64,000 bases of DNA, taken from Saccostrea cucullata. Its lineage: Eukaryota. Where the stretch lies: contig NW_026940735.1 in the NCBI RefSeq assembly GCF_032062105.1, positions 124,001 through 188,000 on the forward strand, read 5' to 3'. This document shows, in pieces, positions 22,233 to 34,800 of this stretch. Each line of letters begins with the position of its first letter. Position 1 is the stretch's first letter. The notes under the pieces were generated by a model. It had not been told where the DNA came from and ran no database searches. It saw nothing but the letters and a program-made list of their open reading frames with translations. A program made the position numbers and the translations under genes.

Positions 22233-24337
22233 TTAAAAATACCTGAGGATAGATTTTCCCCAAACTTTGCATGTACACTGAAGTTAATGTAAATTATATA
22301 TATTATGGTATAAAAATGAATAGTTTCGCTATTGTAGTTTTCAAACAATAAAACCCCGGTCGGCCCTCTTAACATCCCTGATTAGTACATGTACATTTAT
22401 ACAAGCAATGCTTTTATACTACCAAGATTTTTAGTGGAGCAATATGTTTACTGAATGTTTCTTTACATTGACAAATCCTCTTTTTGCAATACTGTAACTA
22501 CTTATAATTTGCATATTTACATTGGGTTATCCATTTTGTTATTAATACTGGAACTGTATTTCTACAAAGTTTGTATGGGTTAATGATTTGATTTGATCAG
22601 AATATTATCATAATTTTTTTCATCACACATGTGTTTGTCTAATTTTGAGATGTAGGTTTGGAAAGAGACTTTAAGAAAGTTATTTACAAGCTAAGTTGCA
22701 GGTCTATGGTAGTATATACTGAAGTTACCATATCTGAGTTCTAGTTAATGGCATAACGCGCTAAGGCACGTTAATCACTATAGCTTCGTGTCTGTTATAA
22801 AAATGTATTAAAACAACGTATTTATTTTTATGATGAAGTTGATGGAAGAAAGCAATCATTCACACAAAGGAAATACATTTGTCAAAAATCTGTTTCAGAC
22901 GGAAAAGTAACACTTATTACAGCAGTTACAAATTGTTAAGCGACACAATTCAATTAGCATTGATCTTAATAATATTGGGGGAAGCAAATCAGACGAGTGC
23001 CGCCATTTTTGTCAATAAATAGCCGTACGCCCCCGTCTCCAAATGGCCATTATGAGATATTTCTATGTCACAAACTTAATTACAATTAGTATTTAGAAGA
23101 ATTAAACCACAAACTTTCATCATCTCTGATTTAATTAGAGTTTGCACCATAAAAAATGGCATTTGTCTCAATGCACTTAAGACTGAACCAGTTGGAATTG
23201 AAGAAGATTAATATGAACCCCACAAAACTATAACATTTTTTTTATCTGATTTTCTTTGCATTGAAATTATATATATGTATGCAATTAATTAATTACAAGT
23301 AGTCAGCTCTCAAATGCAGAAAGTGAGTTAGCTTACACAGCGCTTTTTTCATCACATCATTGGAGATGAATTAATGCATTTCAAGTACATGTTACTTACT
23401 CTGATTAGAACAGGTCAAAAACCCAAGTACTTTTAGATTTAAAAATTACTATAAACTACGACAGATTCATAGTCATCGATATACACAAGCAATTAAGTAT
23501 TTTTTTTCTACGGCAACGGTTTCTAAGATCTTTTCTAATAAACATTGTCAGTGAACGTATTTTTCGGTCAATTTTTCCATTTTTTGTAATGGTTAAACTA
23601 TATGTATAAAGAAATACAAATATACCCCCCCCCCCGATTTATTATTAATAATCCCATCTCACATTTAACATCGACAGAATATCAAAGGTACCCCTCTTCA
23701 ATCTGTGTAACTTGGAGCAATCTACACAGCTATTCTCATGGGAATTCCAACAGATTGTTGGAAGTTCTGCTCTCCAAAAACCTCATAAAAATTGTCAATT
23801 AGAAACTCGAACGTCATTAAATATCAAATTCAGTGTATTTGTCCATATTAACAAAAATAATTCTGTAAATGGCCAATCATAAGGTAATGAAATTTACGAG
23901 TTATATTCTTTTAAAAAAAGTCGTCGGTGATGTCAAAGCATGAACTTAGTTTTATCGTGGGGGAATGTTGTATAAAGTTGAAAAAAAATTAACGTTTTGA
24001 TGTTATTGATTTTTGTAAAACTTTGTAATTTCAAATTTATTAAAGTTCCTCGGACTTTTTTAGTATTCACTTCTGATTTACACCACTTCCTGAATATACT
24101 GTTGCGCAGTTCTCCATAGGCTTCTCCTTCACTTCTGTTAATATTTTAGTGAGGAGGAAAGAAAACCGTGTTGGCTCAACTAGGATATATGGATAAGTAG
24201 TCCCGGTAAAAATATTTTCATACGCCAAATATGAATTAATGCGCCTTGCTTTATAATCGGATTCATGCGCCAAATACGAATTAATGCGCGTTGTTGTATA
24301 ATAAAAAGGAAATTAAAATAAGTTTTCCAGCAGAAGA

Positions 24338-24752
24338 CGGGTTGACAGGTCGACAAATTGACAGGTAGCCACGTCGACGGGTTGACGGGTCAACTGGTTG
24401 ACAGGTTGACAGGTCGACGGTTGACAAGACGACGGTAGACAGGTCGACTGGTTGACAGGTCGACGGGTTGACAGGACGACGGGTTGACTGGTCGACGGGT
24501 AGACAGGTCGACAGGTTGACAGGTCGACGGGTTGACAGGTCGACGGGTAAACAGTTCGACTGGTTGACAGATCGTCGGGTTGACAAGTCGACTGGTAGAC
24601 TGGTTGACTGGTTGACGGGTAGACAGGTCGACTGGTTGACAGGTTGACAATTCGACGGGTAGACGGGTTGGTGCGTTGACAGGTCGACTGGTTGACAGAT
24701 CGACGGGTTGACAAGTCGACGGGTAGTCGGGTCGACAGGTCGACTGGTTGAC
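24338..24752 (+). repeat. 8-bp-period array GGT(C/T/A)GAC(A/G/T)
   Basis: About 50 units; source of spurious ORFs 24281-24714. Confidence 0.95.
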
Positions 24753-24769
24753 CCCTAGGTTGGATAGAG

Positions 24770-25090
24770 GAATAGCCCTAATCTATCATGTTCGATAACT
24801 AACCCTAATCTCTCAGGTCGGTTTTGGAACTAACGGCACCCAAAATAACCCTAATCTCTCAGGTGGGTTCTGGAACTAACCCTTATCTCTCTGGTGGATT
24901 CGAGAACTAACCCTAATCTCTCAGGTGGATTCGAGAACTAACCTTAATCTCTCAAGTGGGTTCGAAACTAACCCAATATCTCAGGGGTTTTTATTACTAA
25001 ACTTAATCTCTCAGCCTGGTTTGAATACTAACCCTTATCTCTCAAGTGGATTTGAAAACTAACCCTTATATCTCAAATGGGTTTGAAAAT
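24770..25090 (+). repeat. ~31-bp tandem repeat containing TAACCCTAA
   Basis: Unit GAGAACTAACCCTAATCTCTCAGGTGGATTC, about 10 copies. Confidence 0.9.
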
Positions 25091-26117
25091 TAATAAGAGG
25101 TGTCAACTGTCGACCTGTCGACCTTTGTGATGACATTGTAGGTTAACCAATAAGAGGTGTCAATTGTCGACCTGTCGACCTTTGTGGTGACACTGTTGAT
25201 TAGTAAGAGGTGTCAACTGTCGACCTGTCGACCCTTTTAATGTCAATGTAGGTTTAATGTGGAATTGTCAAACATTTTTTTGTAAAGGGGACTTCTTATG
25301 GACTATTTTTAAAAGGATTTATTTGAAGTAATAAGGCAAAATATTCCCACTATCTACTATTAAAGGAACTATTTCTTATCAAATTTTGAATTTGAAAGAT
25401 GTTAATCGGTTTTATGGAACTACTTATCCGTATACCCTAGTTGAAGTTAAAGGAACTATTTCTTATCAAATTTTGAATTTGAAAGATGTTAATCGGTTTT
25501 ATGGAACTACTTATCCGTATACCCTAGTTGAACCGACGTGTTTGAACATTTACTGGAACCCGCTATGTATCTTTATTTTTATGAAGTTTCGGAATCCAAT
25601 ATAGATATGGTAATTTAAATTTATTTTAATTATTAGGAATATTTTAAATATTAAAATTATTTAAAACTGAAAAATGTTTTTGATGCCTCCCTAGAAAGAG
25701 AGCTATGGGTTTAAGTTTGGTTACCACTAATAACTAATTATTAAAGAATAAATTGTGATAGGGGAGGGGCTGAAACGAAAAGTTCCTGTCTATTGTTGAA
25801 GGTATTTTAGGTTTATTTACCTTACGTTGCATTTGAAATGAAAATGTGCAGATAACGAACAGCAATCAATCTCGTCCAAAACGATTTTCAATAAAATAAA
25901 ACCCCTCCTTTGGTGTTAAGAGTCTAATCACAAACACGAAGCTTATTTCTGTAAGGACAAAAGAACTTAAGATTCTTGCCAATAATTGATTATCATTTAA
26001 TGAACTGTGCCATTTAAGCAAAAATTTATAGATTTCAAGACAAGAAATGTAGTTAGCAACACCCCAAGCCCGTTAGAGGTACAGTGTATGCATACTTTTT
26101 TAGTACTCTGTTCGAAG

Positions 26118-26249
26118 NNNNNNNNNNNNNNNNNNNNNNNNNNNNNNNNNNNNNNNNNNNNNNNNNNNNNNNNNNNNNNNNNNNNNNNNNNNNNNNNNNN
26201 NNNNNNNNNNNNNNNNNNNNNNNNNNNNNNNNNNNNNNNNNNNNNNNNN
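26118..26249. other. Assembly gap (132 N)
   Basis: Run of N. Confidence 1.
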
Positions 26250-26727
26250 ATGATGATCTTTTAGGGTTTTTCAAACAGCATTTTTTATCAGATTTTATTG
26301 AAAAGTCATATACTTTGAATACTCTAACAGTTTAGATGTTCTTTCGCAGTAATAATATTGCGACTATTTGGCAAGTTCTAGTATCCACACATAATATGGC
26401 AATAAAAAGACAATTGTTTGTATTCCAGAAACATTTACTACTCAAATTCAAAAATGCAAATTATATTTTAAGTTCAATTCCGGGGGGGTGGAGGTGGGGT
26501 GGGGTGGGGGGGGGGGGGTCGGGGGTTAAAAACAAAAGTTTAAGATTTTATTTCGATTCAACAACAAAAAAAACAAGAATAATACCTCGAATAGTTAGGA
26601 TATTTTACCAAAACACTTTTACAAATACCCCCTCACAGTTTTGGTAACTATTGCTTTAAATCGAAAGACCAGTTGATCTTTTTATGTAAAACAAAGTCGA
26701 ACTCTTGCAGCCTCAGATCACATGACG

Positions 26728-27670
26728 TCACGTGACAGCGTCATCTCGGAGGGAAAGTTTACGTCTCTCAATATCCTTTAATCGTTCTTCCTCCATTTTT
26801 GTTTTTCGGTGCGTTCGGAAACAAACAAAAATGAACCCAATGATACCTGGGATGAAGATCAAGGTGCTGTAAACAGCGCTATTTATAGCATTGTCGTTTG
26901 CTTTCTCTTCCTCAGTAGACCCTTTGTGATGTTTTGAAGAATTCGTTTTTCCTTAAATATATAAAAAGAGTTTTTATAAATCTGCAAAAATTTATGAAAT
27001 ACCTGTATTCTTACTTTTTGCTGTTCCAAAATATTATATGTTCCAGAATATTATTTAATAACTCACCGATACATTGGTTTCCAAAACAAATTCGGACTTC
27101 TGTGTTGGACAAGGAACAATTATTTAGAGTTTGCAAGTCGGGGCATGTTCGTGACCTTGTTTGGTGACCCTGACCACAAGTGACGTTACAGTCTCCCCAT
27201 GATTCCCATGTGTCTAACTGAATATCTGTAATATGCAAATAATTGTATTGGAGATACTATAAAAGTTGAGCTGTCACTGATGAAAAAAGGCTTTCAGTGA
27301 GTTTTTTTTTAAATAAAAAAAACAGTTTGATACTGGTAATTACTAATTTATCAACAAATATGTCAAAAACTTAAAATTTTAAAACATATATGTGTACATA
27401 TTCTGATCAGGTGTTAAATAAAAATATTTCTGGATTTGCTGGTAGACTTCTATTTCAATTATATAGGCTTTTTCCATAATTTTTTGAGCTACATATTAAA
27501 AAAAATGAACATGCACTGTAAGGGCACGTTAACATTTTTTAAAAATAGAAATTAGGATTGAAAACAAAAACAACATATTGCTTACCTGTATAATTAATGC
27601 TTGTTGCAAAATCGAGAAAAACGAAAACTAAGATCCATTTTAGAGGACTATTTTCGAACAAAGAAAACAT
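26728..27670 (-). CDS. Small type I membrane protein with one thrombospondin type-1 (TSP1) domain, ~155 aa
   Basis: Exons 27670-27586 (signal peptide), 27225-27067 (WESWGDCNVTCGQGHQTRSRTC), 26951-26728 (TM AVYSTLIFIPGIIGFIFVCF plus basic tail). All GT-AG, phases consistent. Confidence 0.85.
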
Positions 27671-28111
27671 GTAGTTCAAAACAAAGCAGAGCCTTTGTCC
27701 TCGCAGTTGACCGAAACTTGATCTCGAAAATTCTCGCGTGAAAAATCACAGTAGACAAAAATCTTATCTTGGTCACACTTAATGAACAAGTGACACGCTG
27801 ACTTTAATTAGAATACGCAATTTTATTTAAACCGCAGTTAATCATAACGCATATGCATGAGAACAAAAACATTTTTTTAACTTTAATACAACTCCAAATT
27901 AATTAAAATTTGTTGCCATTTTTTTAATCCGGGGACAAAATTAAAATCCTCAAAACAATAGTTCCAATTCTAAACATAAATGAACTTAAAAGTTCTGAAG
28001 CAGTTGAGGTAAAATACAATGTTCAAAGGACAGTTTTCTAATTCAAAATTCATACAGCTTTTGATATCTTAAGGCTTCCTAATCTAGTACAGTAGTTCCT
28101 CATTTTTACAT

Positions 28112-28515
28112 AAATTGTGCACCTTTACTATTTCTTTAAAGCAGAATTTATTCAAAAACTTCTGCAAGTCGATGTTCAGATATATTGACGACGTTTCATC
28201 AATTTTAAGACTTCCATTCATATTTTGAGCCGATATATCACAGTGAAAATGACATATCATTCGGTTATATTTTTGCTGACGTGTTTCAAACCTATTGTTT
28301 GAGCCCTGTTTAACACTAGATTTGACTATGGAATGCTATGTCTACCTGATCAATACATACTATCCGGTCAAAAGGGGATGTTTACTCCTCCTAGGCACCT
28401 GATCCCACCTCCTGAAATTCCCGGGACAGGACTTTTTGATTTGTTTACACATTTGTATAATTTGATTTGGGTTTTGCTTTTGATTTTTAGATCGATCACA
28501 CTTCACTGACCCTTT
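28112..28515 (+). mobile_element. Internally deleted Naiad remnant
   Basis: NCAPLL, AEFIQKLL and FRYIDDV pieces followed by the 3' motif GGGGATGTTTACTCCTCCTAGGCACCTGATCCCACCTC. Confidence 0.75.
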
Positions 28516-28885
28516 TCATTACACTAAAAATAATGTATGTACTTAATTGGGTCACTTTAATCTGCAAATCGATCATAAAGAGGAATTATTGTTTGATTAA
28601 GTGGACATCTTGACATAACATATACATCAAACAACTGGAAGTCATTCCGAAGGAATCGCAAATCGATAAATGAGATGACAATCTAAAATATTAAAAACCA
28701 CCCAGGAACTAATTTTAAAACAAAACCTTTAATTAAGATGTTCCATTGCTACAGAATAAAACTACATGTCACATTTTACACAAAAAGAATAAAAAATGTT
28801 TCCCTCAAAATGAATAACAAAAATTCACAGAAATAATTCTGCCATCGTGTGCCAATTATATGATTTGGACAATCCTTTGGGTATT

Positions 28886-31800
28886 TTACTGTTCAATGTC
28901 TAGAATTCGCAAGGAAGACAACGATTCGTCCACCTTTGTTAAAGAAGATGAATCTTCTGATCCTGCAATGTAGATTGAATATTTCAATGACAAAATTTTG
29001 TTTTCCCTTACTTATTTCAGACTTTCTCCCGCGTCAGCTTCTGTAGTTTATTCTCAAAATGTTTAATTTTTTAATTTTTTTAAATGATATTTTTTGTATA
29101 TAACATTTTTTAAAATATATAATTAAATTCATATCTTGTTATAGCGCGATAGCTGCGTTAAAAGAATCAGAAAATAATACACAAAATATTTTCTCAGATT
29201 TGATAGCTAAATACTCTACCTTTCAATCCTGTTGTTTTCAAAGCTGGGGAATCATGTCTATGATAAATTTCAAATTCCGCTGACTTTTGTACAGTCTTGT
29301 AATTATGATATATGAATGAGGACGAAGTTTCTTCTCTCATAAGTGTAGACAGTGGAGCCAGTGAGCTCAAGGGTCTTAATTCCAGCAGTTCTTCAGAGTC
29401 CATCTTGTTAAGATTCCCGTCTTCATTTCCCACATATGTATCTATATTTGTCTCTTTATCTTCATCATATGTAAGATTGCTATCTCTGTCATTGACTTAA
29501 CGTCGAAATGGATAAAAAAAAATTTTTTTTTAACATTTTGAAACAGAAACAAGTATATAGGTAATACAAGAACAACGTAAAAAGTCTTTTTCGACCTTTA
29601 CTTAATGATGGACTTTTTATAAATTCTATAGATAACATATTTTTGTTAAAATTTAAAACATTTTCAAAATTTAAAGTTGAAGTCTATATATTCTGAAACT
29701 GGAAATTGTTGTGATCCAAAGCCGACAAGCTGCGCATTTCTTTTTTAATTTCTTTTTAATCACATTAATTTGAACACTTACATTTGTGCGTATTATCCGT
29801 TTCCATATCTACGCTTGCCCATGCTTGAACAGCTGTTAGTTGGTTTTCGTTGACGGAATTAATTTCCTGCAAATCTTCTGATCGTCTCTCGTTTTCATTA
29901 TTAAAAAGGCCGTTTACATAAGGCACTTCATTCATTTTGATCCCTTTGTTTGGGTCAACAGAACTGCTCTCTTGATCCTTTATCTTTGACAATTCTTTAC
30001 GACCTTTAGATTTTCCTTTGCTTTTTCCTATTTTTACTTTCCCTGTTTTTTTCTTCCTATGCGTGGTACTGTCCTCAGTTTTGACCATGATAGATTTATG
30101 GGGGTCATCCTTTAATTCGTGTTTCTTCTTCTTCCCAGTCCTCTTCTGTTTCTCAGTATGTACATCTTGCTCTTGGTCAAAAGTTGTCTCCACTGCAGGA
30201 GTTGATAATCTCTTGTCCAGGAATTGTTCCTGTTCACCACACCTTAACAATTCCAACGAAGAATGATTTTCTGGTGTTTCTTGGTCCATACATTTGATTC
30301 CATCCGTGGGTAACTGAGGTACCACAATTAGATTATCCGCTTCTCCTGATTGTCCAGTGTTTATTACTGCTATCTTCTCACTTTTTATATTTTCTTTTAT
30401 CTTCCCTTCTTTATTGTTATCAATTTTTTCATCATTGAATGATTTTACATTTACATGTAGTTCCTTCTTTTTATGTTTCTCGGAAATACTCTTTCTCAAG
30501 TTTGTTTTGTTTTTCGCTAAAGCCAGGGTCTTGTTAGTTTCAACCTCGTTTTCACTTCTTACTTTTTGATCTTTATGATGTCCAGACGCTTTACATATTC
30601 TATCTGTGTCTGTTTCCACTGTGTCCCTCTCCTGAATATCCTTACTCGGATAGCTACTCTCCACATCATTATCTTTTGTAACCACCGCTTCATTCTGGGA
30701 TATAGTATCTGTCTCTCTCGTCTCTTTCTTCACTCTTGACATTTGTGCTGAATCAAACACACCATCTTTATTTTGTTCATTTTCTGGCTTGTCTGCCTCT
30801 TTTTCATTTAATATTTGTAAAGACCTCTCTATTCGTGTAGAGTAAATAGACTTTACATTCACATTCTGTGATTGATCCGCTGTTTTAACATCCTCATCGA
30901 CTTTGTAAGATTCCATATTTTGGTCTCTGAAATGTTCATTGTCTTCGAGAAATATAACCTTTCCTTTACTTCTTTGTTTTGTATCATATTTGGACGTTTC
31001 TAGAAATTTGTCAGCATCAATAATGATTCGATCATCGTCAAGACATAATGTCCCGGTATCGTTTGTTTTAACATTATTCATTTGTTTATAGTCATCTTCT
31101 TCCAGAATTATTTCAAGATTTGAATCTTTCTTCTTTTCACACGTCTGCTTTTCATTATATGGGGAATCTTTGACGATTTTTGAAGTTTGTTGTTCCATTT
31201 CTGATTTGCGCTTTTCTACAGGTCAAAGATTTCAATTATATTGCTTATAAACCTTAAAAAATTCAACATGAATTTATGTAATCTAGAATTATTTTAAAAA
31301 TGTACCTTTTTGAGATTTTTTAGCATCTGTGCGTTTAGCAGTCGATGATGTTCTCTCGGTTGAACACGTTTCTGAAATATATCAATTCTAAATTTTTATC
31401 AATAATTTATTGGAATCACAAAAATATAGATAAATAAAATGATGTTCACTTCATTACATGTTTATTTTTTTCTGAAATGTAAAATAAAAGTGTAAACGTA
31501 AACATCCCTAAATTGTTGCATGATACTGTATGTGTACATATTTTGGCGTATTCAAAATTTAGCGTGATCAATGGATATGGACTTGGCGTAATCATGAATT
31601 AGCGCTACACATGTTCGTGCCGTATATTCTATTTATAAATGATTTCTTAGCGGTATTCATGAATTAGCGCATTGTTGTCTGCGCCAAAGCCGCTAAAATA
31701 TGAAGCCCGCTATTTTAAGTACGCATACAGTACTTGGATGATATTTATATACATAAAAAGCTTCATCAATTTTTCAATATAACGACCAAATCTTTGTATA

Positions 31801-34800
31801 GCAAAGACATGTCTTTGAACGAAGCACTGACGTAATATTAAAAGAGCCCTTGTGAAAAAAATTCTGTACACGTGAAAAAGTAAGGGTGTTCACCTGGTGT
31901 AACGTCATTGGAAGTTGCATCCTCATTATCTATTGACTCGTTCAAGGGTTGTCTGTCGCCCATCTTTTTTGACATGTCGGTTTGTAACAGTGATGCCAAT
32001 TTCCTTTTCCGTGACTTTTTATAACAATAGATGACTATGACAATTAAGATGATCAGCAATATCACTGCACTAACAGCAACCGCGGCTATTATCACCCCAT
32101 CGCTACCTGATTCGCCCCCTGGCTGGGAAAAGGCTGCAAGTGTTAATGATATTGTCCTCATAGTCACCTTAATTCTATATACATGTACATGTTGCATGGA
32201 GCTGTTACAAAAGATTGCAACTAAATATGATTTAATGATTTTCGATTTGAAAATTGCAACAGACAACGAATAATATACTCACGACAAGAATCTAAAAATA
32301 GAAAAAAAACACACTTGAATGATTCAAAAACAAAACTTTAAAATCATGTTTATTTGGTTCAAGGTGTTACTTCATCCTATTACCAAGCCTGTTTTTTTTT
32401 CAGTAGGAAAATCCGTAATGAATTTAAAGTTTTATTGTTTTGAGCAAGCATTTATAAGTTTTGAAGGTATTGGTTTCGATATCCATTAAAAGAACTGAGT
32501 AAAGTAATGATCATTTACCGAAAGACAACAGCTTTAGGAAACCAGTGCCATCGGTTTCCTTGGAGAAAGGCGACTGTGTTCTTTTGCAGCTCCCTTTGGT
32601 GTCGCTGGCGTAAATATATGATCCACTCTGTTGTAAAACCTAATTAATATGAAAAAAATGACGTAATTAATAAGTTTACAATAAATCATTTAATGTTCGT
32701 ATTTCAAGTTTTTTTTTCTAGATATTGAATATGGTTCATAAAATTATTATTTTGTTGTATACATACAAAGCATGTGAATTTAAACGTCTTTTGATAATCC
32801 ACAGATTCTGGAGTAATGGTCAGAGCGTACTGTACAGGTCCGACCGTCTCAGAGTGAAGGCAGTAATATACCCCACCAGCTAAAAATCAAAAGGTACTTT
32901 TCTTCAAAAGTAAATGCTGCTGTATGCGTTTTATTATCATTCAGATTAAATATAATCCCTTGGACATGGGGAAGAATAACAGTAATTCACTTCTTGCATA
33001 TGTTCCGTTATTTGGCTAAATAATCATAGAACAGATCATGTCACCAAGGTTAAGAACATTGTACGGCTTTGGCAAGGGGAAGTTATGAAAAAAATTAAAA
33101 CAAGATGTGTTTGTGAAACACTATGCCCCCGATGTCAACACAATTCTGGAGTGGGACGTGGACGGAAGTGGTATACACTTACCCTTGACAGCGCAATAGT
33201 TATAGGCTAGGTTAAAGTCGACAACAGACAGACAAAAAACATACAGACAAACAGACAGGTAGGACAAAAACAATATACCTCCGGGATCTTCCGATCCGTG
33301 ACATAAAAAGGGGAGCTATGACTAAGAAATTCGACAAATATGTACAATCTGGGATCACCTAAATGTAGTCGATTCATTTTTTTTAAGGTCAGACGACACG
33401 TTCAAAAATATATAATATTTTCTAAGAATTTGTCATTGAAGTATGGGTACTTAGACAAGTTTCCTCACAAAAATTTAGGGTACCTTACCATGCATTTGGC
33501 CAAGATACCATTGGGTCATATTTCTTATATAACCCTTATGGGTAATCTTCTAAATGGCCTTTACCTCAAATTTTTGTGTACTTATTTTCAAAAACATTTT
33601 GAAAACAATTTAGAAATCAGAAGAGAATGGCTAATATGAATATTTTTTTATACAATACCAAGAGATACAAAACATATATTTGAGGAACGTGTCGTCTGAC
33701 CTTAAATTGTAAACTACACGCAGTACCTAAAAAGTGAGTAATGATACGAGGCTATTTTCTAAACGAAAGGTGAAGTTTTTGGCGATATCATTGGTTATCA
33801 TTATTTCATACGTGATATCGTGTATTCTAATTATTGATATCATCTACAGGGAAAAAATGTTTCACTTGTTCAAATAAGTTAAGAAGTATCACCAATTTAA
33901 GGGTCAAGATTGTAATTATCACTTACTTTTTTTAAAAAAGTGATAGGTTGTAAGTCATTCATATAAACAGTTTAACTTGTATGAATGAAGAATGGCACAT
34001 TGCCTACGATTTAATCTGTTAATTAATAGGATAGAGAACACAATATTCCAAATCTGAGATTTTACTATATCTGCATTCTGCAATGAGTACCTTAATTGAA
34101 ATGTTATAGGCGCTGTATAAGTTAATGCAGAAGACGATCTGAAGGGAATTTTATTTCTGGTTTTAGAATTAATCCCACGTCGTTGAAATAGTACAAGTTC
34201 CTGATGTCAGACGTGATAAGATAATTAAGAATTTATCAACCAATCGCCACAATCTACCTTTATATCTGTTTAGAGTCCTTGGAAGGTCCTTGGTGGACCA
34301 TTTCGATTTGAGAAGCTGGAAGGACAGAAGTTCACAATTCCATTTATTAGTACATAATGGGAATCTTTATACTATATAGTCTACTTTATCATTTATTCTT
34401 AATGAGCATACGATATTTCAGTATTATAAAGATTTTCAATCTTTAAGCCACCTTGATGTGTCCCCTGTCGATGAAAATCATATTGATTTTTTAAAATAAG
34501 TTTTTCTTATTTAAAGATAGCAAAAATATGTATATTTATGGAACTTTAATTCGTAAGAATATAAATTGTCACAAATTAAAGACTCTCCCTAAAAATTATA
34601 GATTTTTAATGAAGATGAATGGAATTTCGATTTCTCAGAACTACTGTACGACGGTTTTTGAAAACAAACTTTCATAATGCGCAAAGCCATGTTCAGTTTT
34701 TGACATACGTCAATAAAGTTATGAGTCTACTTTTATTTGGCATTATCAATAATGATTATGGAGGCAAAAATTTTAAAAGAACTTCTTTTGATATCTTAAA

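Larger units (their letters stand above)
24167..25540. mobile_element. Non-autonomous TIR element filled with three kinds of tandem repeat
   Basis: ~40-bp imperfect TIR (GGYTCAACTAGGRTATAYGGATAAGTAGTYCC) at both ends; 87-bp tandem duplication covering the right TIR (25360-25532). Confidence 0.75.
23640..25725 (-). mobile_element. Decayed Naiad RT fragment (23640-24165 and 25541-25725) split by a TIR element
   Basis: RYIAGSSKCS on the right joins SFLLTKILTEVKEK..CATVYSGSGVNQ on the left. Confidence 0.8.

Noticed and set aside
24281-24714. STCQPVD-repeat ORFs
   Set aside because: By-products of an 8-bp repeat; the same peptide appears in all frames.
24770-25090. Telomere or interstitial telomeric tract
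   Set aside because: Only about 1.5 CCCTAA units per 31-bp repeat; no continuous (TTAGGG)n.
26007-26335. ORFs spanning the gap
   Set aside because: Artefacts of the N run.
30018-30569. Phe/Ser-rich plus-strand ORFs
   Set aside because: Antisense shadows of the Lys/Glu-rich exon 29782-31215.
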